Assembly (NCBI GenBank): GCA_964644965.1
Contig: CAZXYN010000004.1
Coordinates: forward strand, 6,190-70,189
Direction of reading: 5' to 3'
Origin: an uncultured Candidatus Saccharibacteria bacterium
Lineage (GTDB): Bacteria > Patescibacteriota > Saccharimonadia > Saccharimonadales > JACDBH01
DNA length: 64,000 nucleotides
In this document: positions 52,930 to 62,390 of the stretch, piece after piece
Position numbering within the stretch: position 1 is the first letter of the stretch
Layout of the letters: the number at the start of each line of letters is the position of its first letter
Position numbers and translations under genes: made by a program
Notes under the pieces: model-generated
What the model was told of the DNA's origin: nothing
Database searches by the model: none
The model's input: the letters and a program-made list of their open reading frames with translations, nothing else

Positions 52930-53988
52930 CTAGAAAGCAGCCGTCGCTACAAGCGTGTAGGTATCAACATAGTCCGGCGCTGCTGGCGTAGTACCCGATG
53001 TCTTGATCTTGAGCAAGAACGAAGCTCGGCCATCATACAGAGGTCCAGACGATGTCAAAAGTTGCCGAAATTGCCCGTCAACCGCGCCAGTCACATCACT
53101 AGCCCCGTTAAACGGCGATGGCACACTGAGCGGTCCGCCCGATGATTCGCTAGCGGAACTGTTCTGAGCGCCAACGCCTTCGTTTAGCACCGATAGGTCG
53201 CCTGTCACAGCATTGATAGTGTGACCGGTCGTTGCACTCAGTAGACCACTGTTGTCAGACACAATATAGACAAATGCACCGCTCTCGGCATTGCTCTCGA
53301 TATCTACCCAAATCTGATCACTGCTGTCGGTCACACTGTCGGGGTTGATACTACCAAAATCAAGCAAGTATGGCGGCGCGGTTTCTGTATCTGTACTGGC
53401 GATGTCTATATCAAACACCACCGAAACTTGCGATGTAGCCGCCGTTGCCTCTGGCCCAAAACCTGTCTCAGAGAATTCACCCTGACGAGCCTTTACCTTA
53501 ACTTCATAAGTAGTATCGGTAGACAACCCAATCACGTTCATGCCCGAGCCACCACCCCAAGCCGTGTAGTCACGAAAATCCTCTGGTCCAAGCGCCGACC
53601 CGACAGTACTATCAGACTGGACGTACTGAGTTGTCACAAAGTTGTCATCGCTGATTGCCACCGCATAAGTAGTGTCGCTTGGGTTGCCGCTTGTATCAAT
53701 AATCAGCTGAAGTTTGTTGTACCAATCAGATGGATTCTGCCAAGTAGGAGCACCAGGTAACGCCGCCAACCTAGAGCCTAGTAGTCCTGGGCGCAGACCG
53801 TAATTTGCACTGGTGGTACTGTCGCCGCTCAAGTCACCAGCGATTCCCTCCAGCGAATAATTACTGGTACCAGTAGTGCCACCACCAGCCCCAAATCCAT
53901 AATCATTCAGCTGGTAGTTGCTGGTGCCCGGTAACGCCGCAAAAAGCATTACTCCACCACCTACCAATAATCCCGCTATTGCTTTCAT
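52930..53988 (-). CDS. Secreted protein with SNY-repeat N-terminus, an FN3-like domain and a WxL-like C-terminal domain (352 aa)
   Basis: The N-terminus contains SNYQLNDYGFG, SNYSLEG and ANYGLRPG. The FN3-like stretch is PGAPTW...YEVKVKARQGEFSE. The C-terminal domain aligns with paralogues A and B and ends PDYVDTYTLVATAAF. Confidence 0.7.
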   Translation of the reverse strand: MKAIAGLLVGGGVMLFAALPGTSNYQLNDYGFGAGGGTTGTSNYSLEGIAGDLSGDSTTSANYGLRPGLLGSRLAALPGAPTWQNPSDWYNKLQLIIDTSGNPSDTTYAVAISDDNFVTTQYVQSDSTVGSALGPEDFRDYTAWGGGSGMNVIGLSTDTTYEVKVKARQGEFSETGFGPEATAATSQVSVVFDIDIASTDTETAPPYLLDFGSINPDSVTDSSDQIWVDIESNAESGAFVYIVSDNSGLLSATTGHTINAVTGDLSVLNEGVGAQNSSASESSGGPLSVPSPFNGASDVTGAVDGQFRQLLTSSGPLYDGRASFLLKIKTSGTTPAAPDYVDTYTLVATAAF

Positions 53989-54020
53989 CTTAGAATAATT
54001 GTATCACTCTAACCTGTTTT

Positions 54021-54602
54021 TTACTGCCAATGAAAATCCGCAAGCAAAGCCTTGGCCTCTGCATTCAAATCGCCTTCTGGTGCCTGCAAAGTATAGGCCA
54101 GCATGGCTAGCTTGCCATCGTAGGTCGCGAAGGCCGTCAGCTCGCTGCCATCGGCCTTTTCGAAAGTCACAAAACTATTGTTGCCAGCCGTCACCGCACC
54201 TTCGTGGTAAAGCGCAGGACTTGTGTGTCGAAATTTGTAAGAAGACTCTTCGCTCATGCCACCTGCTGGCAAATCCTTAATCGTAATCACGAATATTCTG
54301 CGCCCAGTCACATCACTCCTAGCTACCCTATAAACCTCTAGCGCAGTAGTGTCTTGTTGACTTATATCGCTAACTGTATCGAGTGATGCATCGTATATCA
54401 GACTAAAGTGTTTAGCTGTAATCGTGTTGGTCTTGGCTTGTTCCTCGATCCGCTCATCTTGTAGCGAATGTTTAACTATCGTGCCAGTTGATGGCTGGTT
54501 CATGAAGGCCAGCGCAATACTAAACAAAACCATACCAACAAGGCTCCAAAACAAAATCTTGTAGCGAAGTTTATAGCGATACGGTTTCCGTTTGTAAGCC
54601 AT
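54021..54602 (-). CDS. Hypothetical membrane-anchored protein (193 aa)
   Basis: It has a basic N-terminus and one TM segment. It is tightly linked to the cluster. Confidence 0.6.
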   Translation of the reverse strand: MAYKRKPYRYKLRYKILFWSLVGMVLFSIALAFMNQPSTGTIVKHSLQDERIEEQAKTNTITAKHFSLIYDASLDTVSDISQQDTTALEVYRVARSDVTGRRIFVITIKDLPAGGMSEESSYKFRHTSPALYHEGAVTAGNNSFVTFEKADGSELTAFATYDGKLAMLAYTLQAPEGDLNAEAKALLADFHWQ

Positions 54603-54712
54603 TGTTATGCTTATTCTAACCTAGTTTTTGGCTGGGTGACACTAGCCTACCAAGAGACTCATGTGTTGACCATAATTATGCACCTGAACAACAACATCCC
54701 TATACTATCATG

Positions 54713-54741
54713 CACTTTGCAGGGCCTGGCCTTGCAAAGTG
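54713..54741 (-). terminator. REP-related hairpin CACTTTGCAGGGCCtGGCCTTGCAAAGTG, possibly a terminator
   Basis: It has 14-nt arms with one mismatch and the same GGCC(A/T)GGCC centre as the REP family. It lies 14 nt after the stop of the PKD-like gene. There is no U-tract on the minus strand. Confidence 0.35.
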
Positions 54742-54754
54742 GTTTGGTAGGTTT

Positions 54755-55831
54755 TTAGACCGGGTGTTGGCGGCGGTTTTTGCGGCGATACCAGGCGCTG
54801 GCTACGCTCTCGCCGCGGCGCTCGCCTAGCCAGAAACATATACCCATCAGCAGCACAATTCCGTAGACCGACCAGACTAGTTTGAGAATGCCAGAAAACA
54901 GATTGATGGTACCGAGCGGGCTGGCATCGTTTGGTCTGACTAATGCCCCGCTGATGATGTTTGGATCGTTCATGATGCTAATTAGCTGTAGCGACGCGCT
55001 GTAACCGCGGCTGTCGACAATTCGGACTGTGACGGTGTAGAATTCGCGGTCTTCTTTTTGAGTGGTGTAGATGTGTTCGACGGTAAATTTGTCGCCAGTG
55101 ACATCCGTAATAACATCGCTGTAGCCATCACCCCAAACTGCGTAGACGGTGTATGGATTATTGCCGCCAAAGATTTTGAAATCCCAGCTAATCTTTTGAC
55201 CACTATAGGCTGCCTTGAAGAAGTATTCGGTGGCTAAATAAAACGGTGTCTGGGTGTCTGGGCGACCGCCCGGCTGATAGCCTGGACTACCTGGGTTGCT
55301 AGGCTTACTGGTGCTGCCATCGCCCGGAGATTCTATATCAGGAGTGTCGTAATACACGGTTACTATGGCCGAAGCTGGGCCTTCGTTGTCGGCAATGTTG
55401 TAAGTCCTTGCCCTCAGGTCGTTGCGACCAGCAAACAGATCAGTAGTGATAGAAAATGTGCCGCCAGGCGTACACAGTGCAGCGCCAGAGAAAATTTCAT
55501 TGCGGAACAGTTTAACGTAGTAGCCCGCCTCACAGGTACCGCTGACAGGCACTGATGAATCAGTAAAACGATCATTTTGTTCGGGACTCAATATAACAGC
55601 GGCCTGGATCGGTGGGCTGCCATTGGCCACCGCTGTGACAGTAACATCGGCCGCACGTACCGAAAGTGTGGTTGTCGTCAGCACCATGCCCACCATCAAA
55701 AGCAGTACCCCGAGCAGTGGATACGAAGTATGACTCTTATGTAGCTTTTTGCCGGTATGTGTCCGGTGGGTCAGCTTGAGCCGGGAGTATTTTATGACTG
55801 GTTGTTCGGACATTTTTATTTTTCCACGCAT
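54755..55831 (-). CDS. Membrane protein with Ig-like and PKD-like extracellular domains and a C-terminal TM segment
   Basis: It has an N-terminal TM segment. The stretch YTVYAVWGDGYSDVITDV...EHIYT...YTVTVRIVDSRGYSASL resembles a PKD domain. An alternative start is the ATG at 55813. Confidence 0.6.
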   Translation of the reverse strand: MRGKIKMSEQPVIKYSRLKLTHRTHTGKKLHKSHTSYPLLGVLLLMVGMVLTTTTLSVRAADVTVTAVANGSPPIQAAVILSPEQNDRFTDSSVPVSGTCEAGYYVKLFRNEIFSGAALCTPGGTFSITTDLFAGRNDLRARTYNIADNEGPASAIVTVYYDTPDIESPGDGSTSKPSNPGSPGYQPGGRPDTQTPFYLATEYFFKAAYSGQKISWDFKIFGGNNPYTVYAVWGDGYSDVITDVTGDKFTVEHIYTTQKEDREFYTVTVRIVDSRGYSASLQLISIMNDPNIISGALVRPNDASPLGTINLFSGILKLVWSVYGIVLLMGICFWLGERRGESVASAWYRRKNRRQHPV

Positions 55832-56042
55832 TCCACACCGTCAAACCTGCCATATTGCAGAGCAATATGCCTGTTTGCCTCTTGGCTCCTTTGTTATTTG
55901 TCTGCTTGTGAGTCGCAGTCACCGTACATTAGTACGGCTCCTTCGCGATTCGCACAGCCAAATCAAAAACGAGCTCAAGTGTGGAATCCGTGTTGGTTAC
56001 GGACAGGTCTATTTAACCATGACTGGTTTTAGACGGCAAGGT

Positions 56043-58898
56043 CTAGACTAGACGGCGAGCGTAAAAGCGCTGCAGCGGTACGGATAGTATCATTCCCAGC
56101 AGGGCTACGAGGCTCCAGACAGGAGAGATTAGCCAGCCTACAACTACCATTAGGGCTACTGTGGCTACTAGCCATACAAGAAATTGCTTGGTGTTAACCT
56201 TGAGCCGTAGATACTCGGCACCCAGATAGTAGTATGGGAAGACCGTGACAACTAGCAGCGTACTTGAGATCAGACCAAAGATCAGCACCACCATAAGGCC
56301 TTCCCAGAATGGGCTGGTGAGAGCTAGTGGAATCAATGAAACAACCGCCGTAACAGATGTGGCAAACAGAGGACGGAAACGTTCACGTAGCGCCTCAACT
56401 GCCGAGTCGACAACACCCATGCCTTGTTTGCGAGCTTGGTTGGCGTAGTCGGTCAGCAGAATCGTGTTCTTGATGCTGAGTCCGAGTAGTGCAAAGAAGC
56501 CAAGCATCGCAAAGAAGCTGAATACATTGCCAGTGATATCAAGACCTAGTGCGATACCAAATATACTGAACGGAATCGCCAGGAAGATCAGTAGCGGCTG
56601 CAACAAGCTCCTGAACTGAATGGCCAGCAACACATACATGACAGCCAGCAGGATTGGGAAAGCGATAGCCAGAGCATAGAATGACTCTTGATTTTCGGCC
56701 TCTTGGCCAATATCTATTTGGATTGCATCATCTGGCAAGCCGTAGGTTGCAAGCTTGTCTGCATCGAATTCTTCCCTAACCGCAGTCTCGGCTTGCAGCA
56801 CTAACGCTGATAAGTTGCTGCTATCAAAACCCGCGCCAACAGTAACAATCAGCTGGCCGTCATCACGAATAAACTGATTTGGGCTAGATATGGTGATGTT
56901 CTGATACTGTACTTCGTCGCCGTTAGCACTAACCAGTGGTGTCGATTCCATAAATTTACTTATGTCTTCGGCCGCAGCAAAAGCCGCTTCTCTGTCATCT
57001 GCCGCAATCTGAACCACAAAGCTTGATGACGGTGGGCCAATATCTGCCTGACCAACAGATGCATTGAAGCCGGCATTCGTTAAATCGTTCTCTAGATTTT
57101 CGGCAAGCTCTGGTGAGCGGATTTCACGCTCATGATACGAAATAATCTTGATTTGCTGGGTGGCTGATTGCTCGGTACCAGTTCCATAGTACGAACCTTG
57201 GATGAAGTTTGCCTCTAGTGTCTCGGCTGTAACCTCGTCTGCCTGAGCAGCTCTTTCCTGGGCCTGCTCAATTGTCAGACCTGGCTCAAAGTTGAGGTTA
57301 ACTATCAAGCCGTTAGTGTCCTTGGTAGCCGGGAAAATGTTGAATGGAACGTTTCGGGCAATTAGCCCACCAGCCGTAACGAAAGCTATTCCGATAAACA
57401 CTGCCGTCAGCCCTACCGTAAATAGTCGCTTGTCCGAATGTCGTGCCCAAATCATTGGCCGTGTTACAAAACGCGCTAGCTTGTCCTCGAAGCCCGCAGC
57501 TACCTCGGTAACGCCTTTTTTGCCCATCTGCTTTTTGCCTAGTAGTAGATAGCGAGCAAAGAACGGTATGAATATCAGTGCCACCAACAAACTGATAAGT
57601 AGTCCGGAAATGACCGTGACTGGTATAGCGCGGATGAACGTGCCAAGTATGCCGGACACAAATAGCAATGGAGCGAAGCTTAGACTAGCCGTGAGCGTTG
57701 CCGCCACCATAGCCCGGCTGACTTTGCGCGTAGCTTCCTTGACTGCTTTTCGCCGATCCTTGTGCTTGTGCCGAGCAGCATCGATAGCCTCGACCATAAT
57801 AATGGTATCGTCGACAATCAGTGCCAGTGCCAAGATAAGTGCGAATAGCGTGATGACATTAAGCGTGTAGCCTATAACATGCAGGAACCCGAGTGTCATT
57901 GCCACGACTGTAATCATCGAAATAACTGTGATCAGAGAAGCTCTGACAGCAATCACGATTGAGCCAACAACCAACACCGCCAGTAAGCCCTCTAGTAAGG
58001 AGCGCTGGAGCTCAGAAATTTGCTCCTCGATTGATGGCGCAAAGCTAGCGCTAATTTTGGCATTGTAGCCGCTAAATTCTTCTAAGTTATGCAGCTCGCT
58101 TAGAGTAGCTTCGATTTCTTCGTCTAGTTTGATAATATCTGGGTTTTCTACCGCCGAAACACCGATGATTACTGATTCGTGATAGGCGGTAACATCGTCT
58201 TCGCGTAGGCCAAACCTATCAAAACTTCTCTGCACGCTAACCAGCTGGTTGGTCGCTGGGTTTAATGTCTGCTCGAATGGACTTTTTACGAACACTTCCG
58301 CGACATTTGCTAGGTCTTTTTCGTTCAGCCAAGCGGCAGCCGTCTCGGCTTTGTCTGCTAGTTCTGCGGTGGTCACATTGTCATTCTCTGCGAAGAACGA
58401 AATCGCTACATCGAGCTTCTCGGCTTCGCCTCCAGTAGCACCAAAGTAAGGAACATTGAACTGAGCATTGGCGTTCTCCGGCAGTACCCCGCTCTCCTGA
58501 ATTGTTTTCTCTAGCTCAGCGGCAGATTCTTTCGCGTCTACCCCTTCATCGTATGTGATGAAGACATTGAAGAAGTTGCCGGCGCTTGTCGATTGGACCG
58601 AGCTGACACCTTCTTGGTCTTGTGCGGCTTCGACGATTGGGGCTGCCACTTGCGAATCAACTTGCTCGGGATCGTTTACAAAATAAATGCCACTTACAAT
58701 GGCTACAGGAAAATCAACAGATGGAAAACCCTCTCGCTTCATGAGAGTGGTATAGCTAAGTGCTCCAAATAGAGTCAGTGCAATCCACAGGAATGCTGTC
58801 AGTAGTGGTTTGTCGAAGAAAAATACCGAGACCTTGCCAAGTAACTTGTCCTTGGGTTCCACCTCTTTTTTCACAGACTTCTTGCGCCCTTTTGCCAT
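56043..58898 (-). CDS. RND-superfamily efflux permease (AcrB-like)
   Basis: This 951-aa protein has a 12-TM layout with two large loops. The N-terminus FFFDKPLLTAFLWIALTLFGALSY... is typical of AcrB-family proteins. Confidence 0.8.
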   Translation of the reverse strand: MAKGRKKSVKKEVEPKDKLLGKVSVFFFDKPLLTAFLWIALTLFGALSYTTLMKREGFPSVDFPVAIVSGIYFVNDPEQVDSQVAAPIVEAAQDQEGVSSVQSTSAGNFFNVFITYDEGVDAKESAAELEKTIQESGVLPENANAQFNVPYFGATGGEAEKLDVAISFFAENDNVTTAELADKAETAAAWLNEKDLANVAEVFVKSPFEQTLNPATNQLVSVQRSFDRFGLREDDVTAYHESVIIGVSAVENPDIIKLDEEIEATLSELHNLEEFSGYNAKISASFAPSIEEQISELQRSLLEGLLAVLVVGSIVIAVRASLITVISMITVVAMTLGFLHVIGYTLNVITLFALILALALIVDDTIIMVEAIDAARHKHKDRRKAVKEATRKVSRAMVAATLTASLSFAPLLFVSGILGTFIRAIPVTVISGLLISLLVALIFIPFFARYLLLGKKQMGKKGVTEVAAGFEDKLARFVTRPMIWARHSDKRLFTVGLTAVFIGIAFVTAGGLIARNVPFNIFPATKDTNGLIVNLNFEPGLTIEQAQERAAQADEVTAETLEANFIQGSYYGTGTEQSATQQIKIISYHEREIRSPELAENLENDLTNAGFNASVGQADIGPPSSSFVVQIAADDREAAFAAAEDISKFMESTPLVSANGDEVQYQNITISSPNQFIRDDGQLIVTVGAGFDSSNLSALVLQAETAVREEFDADKLATYGLPDDAIQIDIGQEAENQESFYALAIAFPILLAVMYVLLAIQFRSLLQPLLIFLAIPFSIFGIALGLDITGNVFSFFAMLGFFALLGLSIKNTILLTDYANQARKQGMGVVDSAVEALRERFRPLFATSVTAVVSLIPLALTSPFWEGLMVVLIFGLISSTLLVVTVFPYYYLGAEYLRLKVNTKQFLVWLVATVALMVVVGWLISPVWSLVALLGMILSVPLQRFYARRLV

Positions 58899-58986
58899 TG
58901 CTTTCCCTCTTTTCTACCGCTTAGCATAACAGAAAAATTGGCAATATAGCCAGAAGATGACAGAGTAATTTTTACAAACGGTTGTT

Positions 58987-59349
58987 CTATTCAATTACTT
59001 CGTTGGCGTAATCACCAAGTTCGTGAATAATCTCTAGCATGGGACTAGTAATGAGTGGCTCTGTTTGTTCTACCAACAGAATGACTCCGCTGCCCAACCG
59101 GCGAAACCGGACCTGATGAGGATGATCCAGCAGACTCCAGATATCGTATTCCTCGTCGTCTTCACCATTTGTCTTTACAACTTGAAGATGCTTTCCCCAG
59201 TTTGGCATATACGTGAACCCGTTCATATCATCGCTAATATAAAGATCAGGTACTCCTAGCTCTGAACCCGAAGTGATAATCGTATTTACAGAGTCTACAG
59301 TTTTTACTGCATGATCGTAGAACTCCGTGTTATTCAAAATAACTTTCAT
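58987..59349 (-). CDS. Hypothetical cytoplasmic protein (120 aa)
   Basis: The ORF has a leaderless-type promoter. Confidence 0.55.
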   Translation of the reverse strand: MKVILNNTEFYDHAVKTVDSVNTIITSGSELGVPDLYISDDMNGFTYMPNWGKHLQVVKTNGEDDEEYDIWSLLDHPHQVRFRRLGSGVILLVEQTEPLITSPMLEIIHELGDYANEVIE

Positions 59350-59355
59350 GTGCTA

Positions 59356-59384
59356 ATTATATAATTTATTATCAACTTTGTAAA
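59356..59384 (-). promoter_or_regulatory. Promoter TTTACA-17-TATAAT, 6 nt from the ATG (leaderless)
   Basis: The minus strand reads TTTACAaagttgataataaattaTATAATtagcacATG. Confidence 0.55.
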
Positions 59385-59431
59385 TATTTTCTACTGTTTA
59401 CCCCTGTGAACGTGTGCTAAGATTAGAGCCT

Positions 59432-60493
59432 ATGGAATACTTATCAGATCTGCACAAACAAACAACTGAGGAGACTACTGCTTGCCTAGCAAAATTTTTC
59501 GATAGCTCGATCAAGCAGGCTGATGATATCAGTAGTTCCTACGGAAGACTGTGGCGCCACATGCAGACCGTTGTTATGCACGGCGGCAAACGGCTTCGTC
59601 CCTACTTAACTGTAGTTGGTTCTGGTGACTATTCTGACATAAGTATTAGCAAAATTATTCCGATAGCAGCAGCTCAGGAACTACTACACACTGCATTACT
59701 GATGCACGATGATGTGATTGACCGCGATGACAAACGACATGGCGTCGACAATCTAAACGGGCTGTACAAGAAAGATTATGTAAGTGCTACTGAGCCAGAT
59801 AGAACACATTATGCGTACAGTACAGCTATCTTGGCCGGGGATTTGCTGATTGCCGCTGCGCACAAGCTAATCAATCAAAGTAGCTTTGCTGCAGAGCAAA
59901 AACAAGCCGCTCTGGCTCAGCTATATCAGAGTATTTTCGAAGTAGCTGGTGGCGAACTAATGGATGTAGAGGCAAGTTTTCTAGATACAGACGAACTCCA
60001 CGCACTACCAATAGCCGAACACAAAACCGCCAGCTATTCGTTTGTTGGACCGCTTGTTACGGGAGCACTTCTGACTCAAAAGCCCGCCGAGTATCAACAG
60101 AACCTGCGTGAGTTTGCACTGAACCTGGGCGTAGCCTTCCAGCTACAAGATGACCTGCTAGGAGTTTTTGGTGACGAAGATATAACAGGTAAATCAACTG
60201 TAAACGACATCAAGGAAGCAAAACGGACTTTGATAATAGAGGAATACCTGGCTAGCTCTGGCTTTGATAAGAAATTGTATAATCTGTTATTCGGCAACGC
60301 TAGCGCGTCCAATGAGGACATCACAAAGCTAAAGGCATCTATTGAGCGCTCTGGTGCTCGGCAGAAAACCGAAGAGACGATTGCCAGCTACGCCGACAAA
60401 GCGCAAACTGCATTGCAATCTATAGACAGTCAAAACCCCGCGCGAATCGAGCTCACGCAATTCGTTGACAAGCTTTTGCTTAGACAACAATAG
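59432..60493 (+). CDS. Polyprenyl diphosphate synthase (trans-isoprenyl, IspA/GGPPS family)
   Basis: The first Asp-rich motif is LLMHDDVIDRDD and the second is FQLQDDLLGVFGD. The ATG at 59432 is preferred over the GTG at 59414. Confidence 0.85.
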   Translation: MEYLSDLHKQTTEETTACLAKFFDSSIKQADDISSSYGRLWRHMQTVVMHGGKRLRPYLTVVGSGDYSDISISKIIPIAAAQELLHTALLMHDDVIDRDDKRHGVDNLNGLYKKDYVSATEPDRTHYAYSTAILAGDLLIAAAHKLINQSSFAAEQKQAALAQLYQSIFEVAGGELMDVEASFLDTDELHALPIAEHKTASYSFVGPLVTGALLTQKPAEYQQNLREFALNLGVAFQLQDDLLGVFGDEDITGKSTVNDIKEAKRTLIIEEYLASSGFDKKLYNLLFGNASASNEDITKLKASIERSGARQKTEETIASYADKAQTALQSIDSQNPARIELTQFVDKLLLRQQ

Positions 60494-60495
60494 CA

Positions 60496-60672
60496 CTAGA
60501 TTACGAAGTCCTGGCTCTTGGAATAGCCTCGTGATCGCATGGCACGTTTGAGAGCACGCTCTCTGCGAATCCGTAATTGACGAGCCCTACGGCTCCAATC
60601 GCTACTCATTTCTTTATAAAACTCCTGAAATGCTGCATCACCTGACGTACTAGCATGTAGTGTGTTTTTCAT
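60496..60672 (-). CDS. Unannotated 58-aa basic protein
   Basis: I translated this myself as MKNTLHASTSGDAAFQEFYKEMSSDWSRRARQLRIRRERALKRAMRSRGYSKSQDFVI. An AGGAG RBS lies 6 nt upstream. Confidence 0.4.
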   Translation of the reverse strand: MKNTLHASTSGDAAFQEFYKEMSSDWSRRARQLRIRRERALKRAMRSRGYSKSQDFVI

Positions 60673-60883
60673 GTTTTACTCCTACGTTACATTGACATGA
60701 TTTATCTACCGCTTGGTCGTTAACCCCCTTCCTGGGACTAGTTAACCGCAGCTTCACTAATAAGTCTGTTAGCTTTATCAACCAATGAGTGTGATTAAAC
60801 ACATAGAAAGAGACAGAACCCTACCCGTTCAAGATGGGTTAGCCACAGTAAGAATTTATAAACTACTCCGAGTTATTTGAGAT

Positions 60884-61120
60884 CTAGCGTTGGTGCTCTT
60901 CGCGGTCCAGAACTTCGTCTACGACTTTTTCGTCGGCTTTGTCCTGACTTGTCATGGTTTTGTCTTCTAGGACGAGTGTGATTATTAATGTAATCACCCA
61001 AGAGATTAAGACTGCAAGCAGGAAGAATAATAGAAAACTATATCCCTTGCGCTTGGCGATCATAGCCGGCCAAAGTGCCAAACAAATCCACGCAACGACT
61101 CCCAATATGATAAAAAACAT
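60884..61120 (-). CDS. Small two-TM membrane protein (78 aa)
   Basis: It has two hydrophobic helices and an acidic tail. Confidence 0.5.
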   Translation of the reverse strand: MFFIILGVVAWICLALWPAMIAKRKGYSFLLFFLLAVLISWVITLIITLVLEDKTMTSQDKADEKVVDEVLDREEHQR

Positions 61121-61187
61121 TACCCCTCCTTAATTTATTCGAGACTGCATGAATTATAGCAGGATTCTGCAGTAGATTTTAGGCAAT

Positions 61188-62390
61188 TTACACCGCGCGG
61201 ACTCGTGCCTTATGCAACTTCAAATATTCTGCTGTTGATTCTGTAAAATGCTCGCCAGCCATAGAAAAACTCGGTTCATCCCCAATATATGTCACGTTGA
61301 CATCGCCTTCTGAAATATAGATTTTCCTAAGATCAAATAAAGATTTCAGGAAATATTCACCGGCCTTCTGATTTTCGTTTGTCGCATATTCTAGCTTTGC
61401 CTCGTCAAAATAAACGATTCCAAACTCAAACATTTTGTCGTGGTTAGCGCAAAGCCACAAGCCATTGTCACCAGCAACAATACGAGCTTTCTTATCGTCT
61501 ACTGAGTAGTCAGGGTTATTCTTGATATCAGTGACTCTCTCGATGTGAGATCCGATGATAAGGTGTTCCATATCGCAGCCGCAAAGATAGCAGTACTTTG
61601 ATCCAAATTTCTTGAGTAGATTGAAGTGAAATTTTGGTGTGTCTCTTAGTGCAACTTCTGGCTGGTCTAGATCCACGTCTTGGTTGCTTTGCTCGTCAAT
61701 GAGTTCACCAAAATTAACGTTCGCGGCTGCTAGTATTTCTCGTTGTTTTTCCGAAAGGCTAGTTGAGCCACTGTCGAGCACCGGATAGAACTCTATTGGT
61801 CTGTCCGTCAATCTAGAAAGTGTCAGACATAGGACGAATGATTCCATGCCGTTGGCGCCAAATGTCTTGCCGTAGAACGAGAGCTGGTCGTCGTCATCGC
61901 TAAAATACGATGAGTTGTTGTGCGTGTTGCGGCCGCTTGTTTTCAGTCGGTATTGACGCAGATCTTCATAGCTAGTAAATGGACTAATATCTTCCAGTTG
62001 CAATTTTTCTACATTAATCACGTCGATACCAAGTGTCATAAAGCAGCGATAAAACATCCTAATGTAGTTCGTCTTGTCATTGTGATTGGGGTCAATCAAA
62101 TATATTGCCAGTCTTTTCTGCGAAATCTCTTCGTCGTAAAAAGCATTGTAGGCGGGAGAAATAAACTGCATTAGTCGAGCGTTGCGAGAATCGTTGTGCG
62201 GATTCGAGAAACAGACATAGGTTATATGGTCGTCGTTTATGACCTTGATATACCGGCCGTTCCGGCGCTGCTCTTGCTGCACGCTGAACTGATCACTTCC
62301 ATACAATCGAAGACAAACGTCTCTGAGCACTTCATTACTCAAATCTTGCTTAAGTTCTTGGTTTTCGTCGGGCAATATTATAGTAATCAT
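61188..62390 (-). CDS. Restriction endonuclease candidate with a C-terminal HNH nuclease domain
   Basis: The motif is CYLCGCDMEHLIIGSHIERV...NGLWLCANHDKMFEFG (HNH). It has a 4-nt ATGA overlap with the methyltransferase gene. Confidence 0.7.
   Translation of the reverse strand: MITIILPDENQELKQDLSNEVLRDVCLRLYGSDQFSVQQEQRRNGRYIKVINDDHITYVCFSNPHNDSRNARLMQFISPAYNAFYDEEISQKRLAIYLIDPNHNDKTNYIRMFYRCFMTLGIDVINVEKLQLEDISPFTSYEDLRQYRLKTSGRNTHNNSSYFSDDDDQLSFYGKTFGANGMESFVLCLTLSRLTDRPIEFYPVLDSGSTSLSEKQREILAAANVNFGELIDEQSNQDVDLDQPEVALRDTPKFHFNLLKKFGSKYCYLCGCDMEHLIIGSHIERVTDIKNNPDYSVDDKKARIVAGDNGLWLCANHDKMFEFGIVYFDEAKLEYATNENQKAGEYFLKSLFDLRKIYISEGDVNVTYIGDEPSFSMAGEHFTESTAEYLKLHKARVRAV

Noticed and set aside
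50280-53988. The C-terminal ...GAGSF and ...ATAAF endings as outer-membrane beta-barrel (BAM) targeting signals.
   Set aside because: The rest of the gene content (sortase, LAxTG anchoring, tail-anchored giants, and no Bam, Lpt or Omp genes in the window) points to a monoderm envelope. The preceding Y-x-D-T-W-T-I motif fits a WxL-type C-terminus better.
60791-60847. A possible tRNA gene. It has an ACCCG-TTCAAGA-TGGGT T-arm followed by a 7-nt acceptor-like strand (TAGCCAC), with a partially complementary GTGATTA 57 nt upstream.
   Set aside because: The 57-nt span is too short, and no D-arm or anticodon stem can be drawn. At best it is a tRNA 3'-end remnant, mentioned as a possible integration scar. 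A look-alike at 51617-51632 (CCCCgtcaagatGGGG) lacks the TTC loop.
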